From assembly GCA_044229145.1 (NCBI GenBank), contig JBGATO010000068.1:1-19857 (forward strand): a stretch of 19,857 nt of DNA, written 5' to 3'. Of this stretch, positions 10,053 through 19,857 are shown in pieces; the stretch's first letter is position 1, and each line of letters starts with the position of its first letter. The notes beneath the pieces are model-generated. The model was not told the DNA's origin. It saw nothing but the letters and a program-made list of their open reading frames with translations, and searched no databases. Both the position numbers and the translations under genes were made by a program. This stretch comes from Candidatus Eiseniibacteriota bacterium (GTDB taxonomy: Bacteria; Eisenbacteria; RBG-16-71-46; CAZEPH01).

Positions 10053-11411
10053 ATGCTTCGCACTCGGATTTCGTCGCGCGCCCGCCGCGCGGCACACTTG
10101 CTCGCTGCCACCTGCGGCCTTGCGTTGGCCGTCGGCTGCGCATCCCACCACGACAGCGTGATCGATCCCCAGGACCCACCCGCGGCCCGCTACACGATCG
10201 ACCAGACGCTCTCCGACGAAGCGCAGCGCAACACCATCGCCTTCGATGGCCTGGCGTTCCTCACCGGCAGCGTCGGCGCACAATCGTTCTTGCCGCCGGG
10301 CAAGGTGGCGGATTTCAGCGGCTTCCAATACCTGCGCGACAACGATCCAACCAACCTCGGACACAACACCGATTTCGTGACGATCATCGCGTTCAACGTT
10401 CTGCACATCCTCGACAGCGCGCAGATCGCTCAACTCGCGTCGAACGCGACGGTGGAGATCGCGCAGATCAACGCATTCGCGGATCGGCGCTTTCCACTCT
10501 TGCAAGCGTTCCACCGGCAGCTCGATGGAGATGTGCCGGCCGGCGCGACCGGGCTCGACTCGAGCGCGGTGGTCGCGTATACCGCCGATCTCTATCGTCT
10601 GGACGGCGAGATCAGCTATCGCCGCGCGCGGTTGATGGGGGGCATCTTGACGTCACTCAACACGTCGCAGCGCGCGGCGCTCGCCGCACTCGCGGGGAAA
10701 CAAGGTGTGGGGAACTGGGATCGCACGCTCAGCGATCCTCTGCAGGCGCTGCGGCTCGAGCCCGACGCCAACGTCGCGGTGATGACGTACGCGAGCGAGA
10801 TGTACAGCTGGTTCGCCGGCTCGGTGGAGGCGGACGTGTACTTCTGCCCCGAGCGGCACGGCACGTACTTCGGCTCGTTCTATCTCAAGGACTGGCCGGC
10901 GATGGGCAATCCGAACTTCACCATCGACGAACAGCTGACGGCGAGCGCGGGACAAAACTTCCTCGCCGCGTTGCCGGCGGCCCAGGCGGCGACGGTGAGT
11001 GGGCTCGTCGACGTGCAGCGCGCGGCGTTGCGGGAGATGGTGGAACGGCGGCGCGACATCGCGACGCAGCTGCGGCGATTTCAAACCGGCGCGGCGGCGG
11101 ATTCCGCGACGGTGCTCGCGTTGTCGGCGCGCTACGGCGCGCTCGATGGGGCGCTCGCGTATGGGTATGCGACGCGGTTCGCGGCGGTCGCGCAAGCGCT
11201 GACGCCGGCGCAACGCGCGCGCGTCGACTCGCTCGCGCAACGTCTCGGGTACACGCAGCCGGCGGGCGCGTTCCGCTACTCGCGGCCGATCGCCATGCCG
11301 GCGATTCCGAACACTGACTACTTGTTCGGCGTGCCGGCGTCGAGCACGGCGAGCCAGGCGCTTCGGCGCAGTGCGCCGCGCGTGGCGAGCACCGCCGTCG
11401 CCTCAAGATAG
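10053..11411 (+). CDS. Uncharacterised lipoprotein with internal duplication (LTxxQ / Spy-CpxP-like helical repeats)
   Basis: GGAGG RBS; Arg-rich n-region and lipobox AVG|C29; two alignable halves about 184 aa apart. The 3' end overlaps the convergent methyltransferase. Confidence 0.8.
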   Translation: MLRTRISSRARRAAHLLAATCGLALAVGCASHHDSVIDPQDPPAARYTIDQTLSDEAQRNTIAFDGLAFLTGSVGAQSFLPPGKVADFSGFQYLRDNDPTNLGHNTDFVTIIAFNVLHILDSAQIAQLASNATVEIAQINAFADRRFPLLQAFHRQLDGDVPAGATGLDSSAVVAYTADLYRLDGEISYRRARLMGGILTSLNTSQRAALAALAGKQGVGNWDRTLSDPLQALRLEPDANVAVMTYASEMYSWFAGSVEADVYFCPERHGTYFGSFYLKDWPAMGNPNFTIDEQLTASAGQNFLAALPAAQAATVSGLVDVQRAALREMVERRRDIATQLRRFQTGAAADSATVLALSARYGALDGALAYGYATRFAAVAQALTPAQRARVDSLAQRLGYTQPAGAFRYSRPIAMPAIPNTDYLFGVPASSTASQALRRSAPRVASTAVASR

Positions 11412-12127
11412 CGCTGGTGCCGCGCGAACGCCGCGCCGCCTTCGGAGGCGACGAGGGCGGCGCGGTGCGTCTCGCGCGCCGCGTGGCGTTTCGACGCGAT
11501 GCGCTCCACGCGATCGGTGCGGTCTTCGCAGAAGGCGACGCGGAATCCGGCGGCGGCGAGGTGACGCTCGGTGGCGCCCGGCGCGACGAAGTAGGTGGCT
11601 CCGAAGCTCGCGCGCGCGGCGGCCTCGGTGGCATCGAGCGGCGCATGTTGCACGCCCGCATCGGTGAGCAGAAAAGCGCCGCCCGGGCGAAGCGCGCGGG
11701 CAACCTCTCGGAAAAACGCCGCGCGATCCGGCAGATGCAGCGCGACGTCGAGCGCCATCGCGGCGTCGCACGCGCCAGTGGCGATCGGCAACGCGCACGA
11801 GAGGTCCGCCGCGCACGCGAGAAAGCGCTCCCCCACGCCACACGCCACGGCGCGCCGCGCGCCGGCCGCCAACGCGGCCGGCGACGCATCCACCGCCATG
11901 CCGCCGCATCCACTCTCCCGCATCGCGAACGTCAGCGGCCCGCACGGCCCCGCACCGCAGTCGAGCAGCGTCGCGTTCGGCGCCATCGCCATCCGCGCAA
12001 GGTCGGCGCGCAAATCGTCCGCGTCGACCCACGAGTGCTGGCCGATGTCCTCGCCGTACGCGGCCGCGCGAACGGCGCGCTGGACGGGCGAGTCCCACGA
12101 GGCGAAGAGGTCCGCGTAGCCGGTCAT
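11318..12127 (-). CDS. Class I SAM-dependent methyltransferase
   Basis: LLDCGAGPCG (motif I), AVDAS, ADL...LP.....CDA, LHLPDR...FREVARALRPGG.FLLTD; start MTGYADLF at 12127, just downstream of the NmrA stop. Confidence 0.88.
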   Translation of the reverse strand: MTGYADLFASWDSPVQRAVRAAAYGEDIGQHSWVDADDLRADLARMAMAPNATLLDCGAGPCGPLTFAMRESGCGGMAVDASPAALAAGARRAVACGVGERFLACAADLSCALPIATGACDAAMALDVALHLPDRAAFFREVARALRPGGAFLLTDAGVQHAPLDATEAAARASFGATYFVAPGATERHLAAAGFRVAFCEDRTDRVERIASKRHAARETHRAALVASEGGAAFARHQRYLEATAVLATRGALRRSAWLAVLDAGTPNK

Positions 12128-12149
12128 CTCTTCGCCCCTGATGACGCCG

Positions 12150-13100
12150 CTAGCCGATCGGCACGCGCGCCGCGTTCGCCGCGAGCCACTGGTCGAACGA
12201 CTGCACCGAGGCATCGAGGCTGCGCGCGAGTTGCGGATCGCGGGTGGCGAGGAACGCATCGCCGCGAATCGCCTGGAACTGGAACATGTTGCCCAGGTCC
12301 TCGGCGCCCGGGAATCCAAGTCCGCGATACACGTCGAACGGCACGTCGACGAAACGCACCTCGCGGCCGAGCGCCTGCCCCATCTTCGCCGCCATCTCGT
12401 CGCCGGTGAGGTTCTCCCCCGACACGCCGAAGCGCTGGCCTGCCACGCCGGCACCGCGGCGGAAGATGCCGAACGCGCACTTCCCGATGTCCCCGGCGGC
12501 GATCCCCGGCAGCGCGACGCCACCCAGCGGAAGCGCCAGTGTCAGCGCGCCGTCTTCGCCCGCGCGCGGACCCATGCCGAAGTAAATGAAGTTGTCCCAG
12601 TAGAAGGCGGCGAGCAAGTACGACGTCGGCGCGCCCTCGGCGGCGAATACCGCGTCGGCCTCACCCTTCGCGTCGAAGTGCGGAACCTTGTAGTTGCCCT
12701 GCAACGTCGGCAAGCGGGCGTCGTCGAGTGACACGAACGTGCGCGTGTCCTCGAGAGTGGACCACACGACGTGCGCCACGCCGGCCGCCTTGGTGGCGCG
12801 GGCGAGCGCCGTGGCCTGCGCCAACTCGCGCGCCGGAGAGAAGTGCTCCCAGAAGTTGGTGACGCAGAAGGCGCCGTATGCGCCGGCGAATGCGCGTTCG
12901 AGGCTCGCCTGATCGTCCGCGTCGGCGGCCACGACTTCGGCTCCCAGCGCGGCAAGCGCCTTCGCCTTCTCCGAGGACGGATCGCGGGTGATGGCGCGGG
13001 CCACGAATCCGCTGGCCGGATCGGCCGTGATGGCCCGGACGAGCCCGCCGCCCTGGGCGCCGGTCGCCCCCACCACTGCCAGGATGCGCTTCTCGGACAT
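12150..13100 (-). CDS. NmrA/HSCARG-family NAD(P)-binding protein (316 aa)
   Basis: AAAGGAGG RBS; ILAVVGATGAQGG, ARAITRDP, GAYGAFCVTNFWE, VPHFDAKGEAD. Confidence 0.93.
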   Translation of the reverse strand: MSEKRILAVVGATGAQGGGLVRAITADPASGFVARAITRDPSSEKAKALAALGAEVVAADADDQASLERAFAGAYGAFCVTNFWEHFSPARELAQATALARATKAAGVAHVVWSTLEDTRTFVSLDDARLPTLQGNYKVPHFDAKGEADAVFAAEGAPTSYLLAAFYWDNFIYFGMGPRAGEDGALTLALPLGGVALPGIAAGDIGKCAFGIFRRGAGVAGQRFGVSGENLTGDEMAAKMGQALGREVRFVDVPFDVYRGLGFPGAEDLGNMFQFQAIRGDAFLATRDPQLARSLDASVQSFDQWLAANAARVPIG

Positions 13101-13127
13101 CGGCCCTCCTTTGCGATTCGCCCCTAT

Positions 13128-13161
13128 GAAAAACGCCGCCGGAGCGAAACGCTCCAGCGGC
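13128..13161 (-). terminator. Rho-independent terminator after tRNA-Asp
   Basis: Minus strand GCCGCTGGAGCG-TTT-CGCTCCGGCGGC-GTTTTTC. Confidence 0.8.
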
Positions 13162-13167
13162 TCAAAA

Positions 13168-13244
13168 TGGCGGGGCCGACGGGGCTCGAACCCGCGACCT
13201 CTGGCTTGACAGGCCAGTGTGCTAACCACCTGCACCACGACCCC
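13168..13244 (-). tRNA. tRNA-Asp (GTC)
   Basis: GGGGTCG acceptor stem pairing with CGGCCCC, discriminator G and encoded CCA; anticodon arm CTGGC-CT-GTC-AA-GCCAG; T-arm GGTTCGAG; 77 nt. Confidence 0.97.
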
Positions 13245-13262
13245 GCAAAATCGGTGACGCGG

Positions 13263-13291
13263 AATATACCCACGGAGCCCGAACCTGTCAA
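13263..13291 (-). promoter_or_regulatory. Sigma70-type promoter of tRNA-Asp
   Basis: TTGACA (13291-13286), 17-nt spacer, TATATT (13268-13263), 18 nt upstream of the tRNA 5' end. Confidence 0.85.
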
Positions 13292-13374
13292 ACGCGACCG
13301 TATGCCGGACCGGCGGGGCGGCCGGCGATTGGCCCCGCACCGGGCGTCCGCGACGCCCCGGCGCGCGGCGGAAG

Positions 13375-14660
13375 TCAGTACAAACGCGCCAGTTCGACGC
13401 CCTTGTAGTAGTGCCCAATGATCTGCTTCATCGAGTAGCCGGCGCGCGCCATGCCGATCGCCCCGAACTGGCACATGCCGACGCCGTGGCCGTAGCCGCC
13501 GCCGTCGAACTCGACCTCGACGACGCGGCCGTGCGAGCGGCGCACCACGGTCGAGAACAGGGTCGAGCGCAGGATTTGGTCGTGACGGCCGGGACGCTTG
13601 AGGACGAGCCGGATGCGGTCCCCGGTGAGGTGGTAGCTGCCGCCCCGGGTGCGAATTTCGAGGTCCTTCACGCGGTGCGATGGCCCGCGCTCGCGCACCG
13701 AGACGCCGAGCAACTCGCCGCCCGGCACCGCGCCGTTGCGCGGGAATTGTTGCGGCCCGAACGTCGTGACGAGGTCGAGGAACTCGTCGGCCGGCCACAC
13801 CTCGGTCCAGCGATAGAGGCGCGACGATTTGCAGAACGCTTCGCGTTCGTCGCCGGCGCGATCGCGGCGGGCGCGCAGGTAACTGATCGGGTCCTCGTTC
13901 CAGACTTCGTCGCAGTCGGCGGTCTTGCCGCCGCAGGTCGAGAAGTAGTTGCAGCGGATCAGCGCACCGTCCTTGCGCGCGACGACGCCGCGGGTGGCCA
14001 GGATCGCCTTGTCGCCGGTCGGGTATTCGCCCTTGATGCCGTCGTAGACTTGATCGGCGGTGGTGCCGAGCAGGTCGAAGCCGTCGTCCTTGCGGCGGCC
14101 CATGTAGCTCAAGGTGTACGTGCGCGCCGCAACGGCCTGCGCTTCCATCGCGGCGAGCAGGCTGTCGGGCCAGTGACCAAGTTCGCTCGGGACGACACCG
14201 CGCAGGTACTCCTCGATCGGCACGATGTTGACGACGGTGACGCCGCCGCGCCGCCCACGGAACACTTCGAGGCGGCCGCGATACGACTTGCCGGCGACGC
14301 TGACGTGGCCGCCGGCGTCACGCGCCGCAAGCGTGAAGGTTGGCGAGACCGCGCGGCCGTCATCGCTGGTGAGCACGATGGCGTCGGCGCCGTCGCCACG
14401 CGCGGCGGTGAGCGTGGTGTCGGAGATCGTCGCGCCGCTGCCGGCGTCGCCGAGCACGAAACCGCCAGGCGCGCTGAGTTCGACGGCGTCGGAATCCACC
14501 CACACGCCGATCCGCACCAGGGTGCCGCCGCTCGGCGCCGGCGGCTTGTAATGCGAATGATCGCCGGGCGGGCCGACCGGCGGGCGCGGCGGCTTGCCGC
14601 AGCTGGCGAGCAGCGCCGCGGCGCACGCGGCTCCCGCGGCGAGCAGAGCGAATCGACGAA

Positions 14661-14664
<4 letters not shown>
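13375..14664 (-). CDS. SpoIID/LytB domain lipoprotein (putative lytic transglycosylase, 429 aa)
   Basis: GTG start overlapping the anmK TGA; lipobox LAS|C; YRG.L, VVNIVPIEEYLRGVVPSE, EAQAVAARTY, DQVYDG, FSTCGG.T, GYGHGVGMCQFGA..MA..G, I..HYY.G. Confidence 0.92.
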
Positions 14665-16699
<2,035 letters not shown>

Positions 16700-16703
<4 letters not shown>

Positions 16704-17575
16704 GCGGACACTCCGCGTCCGGCCTTCAGCACGCGCATTTGCACCAGCGACACCGCGAGGATCACCGCGAACAGCAGGTACGCCACCGCGCTCGCGTAGC
16801 CGAGCCGGAACGCATAGAACGCGCGGTCGTAGAGGTAGTAGACCGCCGTCATCGTGGTGTCGAGCGGCCCGCCGCGCGTCATCACGAAGATCTCGATGAA
16901 CACCTGGAACGAGCGGATGGTGTTGATGACGACGACGAACAACGCCACCGGCCGCAGCATCGGCAGCGTGATGTGCCGCAGCGCGTCCCACCGCGAGCCG
17001 CCGTCGAGCGACGCCGCTTCGTAGAGATCGCGCGGAATCGTCTGCAGCCCAGCGAGGAACAAGATCATGTAGTAGCCGATCGACGCCCACACATCCATCG
17101 CCATCACCGCCGGCAGCGCGGTCTTCGTCCCGAGCAGCCAATCGGGCGTCGGCAGGTGCAGTGCGCCGAGCAGCGCATTGAGCCCGCCGTAGGGCGCATA
17201 GAGGTTCTTGAACACGAGCGAGATCACCACCATCGACAGGATGCTCGGCACGAAGAAGCCGGCGCGGAACAATCCTTGTGCCGGCAGCCGGGCGTTGACC
17301 AGGAGCGCGAGCGCGAACGCCAGCACGGTGGTAAACGGAATCGTCCCGAGCACGAAGTACGCGGTGGTGCGCAGCGCGCGCCAGAAGGTCGGCGTGGTGA
17401 GCGCTTCGTGGTAGTTGGCAAGGCCGACGAAATGCGGCGCGCCCCCGCTCAGCGGATTGTAGTCCGTGAACGAGAGCGCGAAGGACGTGACCAGCGGGTA
17501 CGCCTCGAAGACGCTGAACACCACCAGCCAGGGCAGCAGGAAGACGAACGTGCTCGGGCCCTGGCCGCGTCGCAT
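16700..17575 (-). CDS. Carbohydrate ABC transporter permease (MalF/UgpA-like)
   Basis: SFTDY, FVGLANY, LAGLQTIP.DLYEAASLDG, ITLPMLRP, FQVF, T.GGP, GYASA. Confidence 0.94.
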
Positions 17576-18948
17576 CAGCGCGAGGTGGCCACCTGGCCGT
17601 TGCGCACGCCCGCGGCGGCGGTGGCCGGCGCCGCGCCGCGCTTCGGCGTCACCGCGCCGACATTCGACGAGGCGGAGGCGTTGTGCAGAATCGCCGCGAT
17701 CTTCTCATCGGCGTTGCGCAGCGCGTCCTCCGCCGGCGTCGAGCCGAGGATCGCCTCGTCGAGCGACGTGGTGAGCGCGTCCTCGATGTCGCCCCACTGC
17801 GGTACCGCGGGCAACGCGCGCGCCGTCGCCATCTGGCGGGCGAACACGCCTTCCTCGGGATGCGTCGTGTAGTAGGGATCGTTCTCGGCGCCGACGTTCG
17901 CGGCGACGAAGCGCGCCGCGTGCGCAATCTTGCCGGCCGCCTCGGCCGAGATCAGGAAACGCGCCAGGGTCATCGCCGCGGGGTTCGGCTTGGCCTTCGC
18001 GAAGAACACGAGAAGTTCGCCGCCCATGAACGACGCGTGCGTCCCGTCGGGCGAGTTCGGCCGCGGAACCAGGCCGACGCCGTAGCGCAGATTCGGCGCG
18101 TCGGTGGGAATCTTGTTGAGCAGCCACGGGCCGCTCAAGTTCATCCCGATCTTCCCCTCCATGAAGGCTTGATCGAGGATCTCCTGCCGCTGCACCATCG
18201 ACGAGGGCTTGAGCGACAGATAGAACTTCAGCGCGTCGAGATTCTGCTGCGAGTTGACGAGCGAGCGCGTGTTGTCCGACGACAGGACATCGCCGCCGTT
18301 GCCCCACGCGAAGGGCATGAACTTCTTCACGAAGATCAGCCGCTCGCCGGCGTTGAGCGCGTTGCCGTGGATGTCGCCGCCAAGCGCCTGCACCTTGGCG
18401 GCCGCGTCGGCGAACTCGGACCACGTCTCCGGCGCTTTCGTCGAGTCGAGCCCGGCGCGCGCGAACAGCACCTTGTTGTAGTAGAGCGCCCGCGAGCCGA
18501 CGACCCACGGCAGGCCGAACACATGCTGCTGGTAGGTCACCATGTCCCAGGCGCGGTATTGGTCGCGCAGCGAGTCGGCGAGCGGCGTGAGGTCGCGCAA
18601 TGCACCGGCCGACGCGTACTGGGCGAACTGCGTCGACCCGAGTTCGCAGAGATCCGGCACGGTGCCGGACGCCACCGCGGCGGTGATCTTCTGCGGGCCG
18701 TCGCTCCAGGTGAGCTGCTGCACCTCGACGGTGATCTCGGGGTGCGCCTTCTTGAAGTCGTCGAGGACGGGCTGAATCTGCTCGCGCGGCCAGAATTCCC
18801 AGAACACGACGGTGTTGCCGCCGCCGGATTTGCCGCAGCCCGCGAATTGCCCCGTCGAGACGGCGACGATCCCGACCGCGAGCATCGCCGCTGCCGTCTT
18901 TCCGCCACGCCGGATGCGTGCACTCCGCGCCGAATCCCTGGTCGCCAT
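17575..18948 (-). CDS. Carbohydrate ABC transporter substrate-binding lipoprotein (457 aa)
   Basis: AGGAAGGGG RBS-like run; lipobox FAG|C; G..PDL, GLPW, LYYNK.LF..AGLD...P.TW.E, F..GK.GM...GPW. Confidence 0.92.
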   Translation of the reverse strand: MATRDSARSARIRRGGKTAAAMLAVGIVAVSTGQFAGCGKSGGGNTVVFWEFWPREQIQPVLDDFKKAHPEITVEVQQLTWSDGPQKITAAVASGTVPDLCELGSTQFAQYASAGALRDLTPLADSLRDQYRAWDMVTYQQHVFGLPWVVGSRALYYNKVLFARAGLDSTKAPETWSEFADAAAKVQALGGDIHGNALNAGERLIFVKKFMPFAWGNGGDVLSSDNTRSLVNSQQNLDALKFYLSLKPSSMVQRQEILDQAFMEGKIGMNLSGPWLLNKIPTDAPNLRYGVGLVPRPNSPDGTHASFMGGELLVFFAKAKPNPAAMTLARFLISAEAAGKIAHAARFVAANVGAENDPYYTTHPEEGVFARQMATARALPAVPQWGDIEDALTTSLDEAILGSTPAEDALRNADEKIAAILHNASASSNVGAVTPKRGAAPATAAAGVRNGQVATSR

Positions 18949-19008
18949 GCCTCGTCCCCTTCCTATAGGAGCGCCGCGCGGGAAACCGCCGGTCGCGCGT
19001 GGGGCGGG

Positions 19009-19037
19009 ATGGTAGCACAGCGCACCCACGCTGCCTA
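19009..19037 (-). promoter_or_regulatory. Putative promoter of the ABC-anmK-spoIID operon
   Basis: Minus strand TAGGCA, 17-nt spacer, TACCAT with TG extension (TGC-TACCAT), about 60 nt upstream of ATG 18948. Confidence 0.45.
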
Positions 19038-19178
19038 CCGAACGCCGGCGTATCAAACCGCGCCGGCACTCCACCTGTGCCTCTGGACGCGGTGGTCCGG
19101 GCCATCCTGATTCAGGCGTGACTGCCGTGGCGCCCCACTCGATCCCACGCCAGTTCGCACTCGAACAGGAGAATCACC

Positions 19179-19857
19179 ATGTCACTGCTGCTGTTTCCCG
19201 TCGGATTCTCGCCGCGCTTCCTGCGCCTGCGGCCTGTGGTGACCGCGCTGCTCGCCGCCGGCCTGCTCGTCGCGGGCGGCCACGCTGCGGCCACACCGAC
19301 TCCCGCCGCCGGGACGCTCACGTCCGGCGGGGCCGGATTGACCTGGACGGGCGGCGCGCTCGCAGGCGGCAATGCGGATGAGACCACGTGCCAGGAGAAC
19401 ATCACCTGCGAATCCTACTCGCTCACCGTGGCGGCCGGCGACTACACCGGGAAACGCATCTCCGTGGGCATCAGCTGGCTGCTGCCGGCGACCGATTACG
19501 ATCTGTACATTCATGACGGATCGCTCGGCGGCCCGGTGATCGCGCAGTCCGCCGATGGCACGACGACGGCAGAACAAACCTACTTGAGTTTCGATCCTGG
19601 TGTCCTGGCGGCGCCGCACACGTACGCCGTGCATGTCGTCGCATTCGTGGTGACGCCGGCGGATGCGTACCACGGGCACGCCGAGGTCATCGCGGCGCCG
19701 GCGCCGCGGGTAGCGCAGTACGCCGCCTCGTCGGTGACCTTCAGCCCGAACGTGACGCTGCTGGCGCCCGGTTCGGGGGGCGATGCCGAGCCGAGTTGCC
19801 GAGTCGACGTGCGCGGCAACGCCTACGTCGGCGGCATTCGGGGAGTCCCGGCCGGCG
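19179..19857 (+). CDS. Large secreted protein, N-terminal part (runs off the right edge)
   Basis: Not in the ORF track (no stop). AGGAG RBS; MSLLLFPVGFSPRFLRLRPVVTALLAAGLLVAGGHAAA signal peptide; CQENITC; ISW...TDYDLYIH (PPC-like beta-sandwich, inference); then AEPSCRVDVRGNAYV, resembling the first blade of a propeller. Confidence 0.85.
   Translation, partial: MSLLLFPVGFSPRFLRLRPVVTALLAAGLLVAGGHAAATPTPAAGTLTSGGAGLTWTGGALAGGNADETTCQENITCESYSLTVAAGDYTGKRISVGISWLLPATDYDLYIHDGSLGGPVIAQSADGTTTAEQTYLSFDPGVLAAPHTYAVHVVAFVVTPADAYHGHAEVIAAPAPRVAQYAASSVTFSPNVTLLAPGSGGDAEPSCRVDVRGNAYVGGIRGVPAG

Noticed and set aside
3353..13167. Genomic island integrated at the tRNA-Asp 3' end
   Set aside because: Gene content looks accessory, but I saw no integrase, no duplicated tRNA 3' end and no obvious compositional shift.
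13101..13418. N-terminal extension of the NmrA ORF
   Set aside because: It runs through the tRNA, its promoter and terminator; a strong RBS precedes ATG 13100.

Overview
High-GC bacterial chromosomal window, mostly minus-strand genes, with no integrase, transposase or CRISPR. Left to right: two tandem, translationally coupled Hanks-type Ser/Thr kinases (one partial, one complete with a TM helix and TolB/PD40-like propeller); a secreted propeller-like protein; an APC amino-acid permease; a second secreted protein; an SQR-like flavoprotein; an MHS-family MFS transporter; an uncharacterised lipoprotein; a SAM methyltransferase; an NmrA protein; tRNA-Asp(GTC) with promoter and terminator; a coupled five-gene operon (sugar ABC binding protein, two permeases, a multiply frameshifted anmK, a SpoIID/LytB lipoprotein); and the 5' end of a large secreted protein. 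Most interesting: (i) a shared C-terminal PSTWG tail on two unrelated secreted proteins, a candidate sorting signal; (ii) the ABC-AnmK-SpoIID operon, which reads as an AmpG-independent peptidoglycan sugar recycling module; (iii) a lipoprotein made of two Spy/CpxP-like repeats; (iv) a DtxR/MntR-like palindrome in a divergent intergenic region. All calls are from motif recognition by eye; no searches were run.
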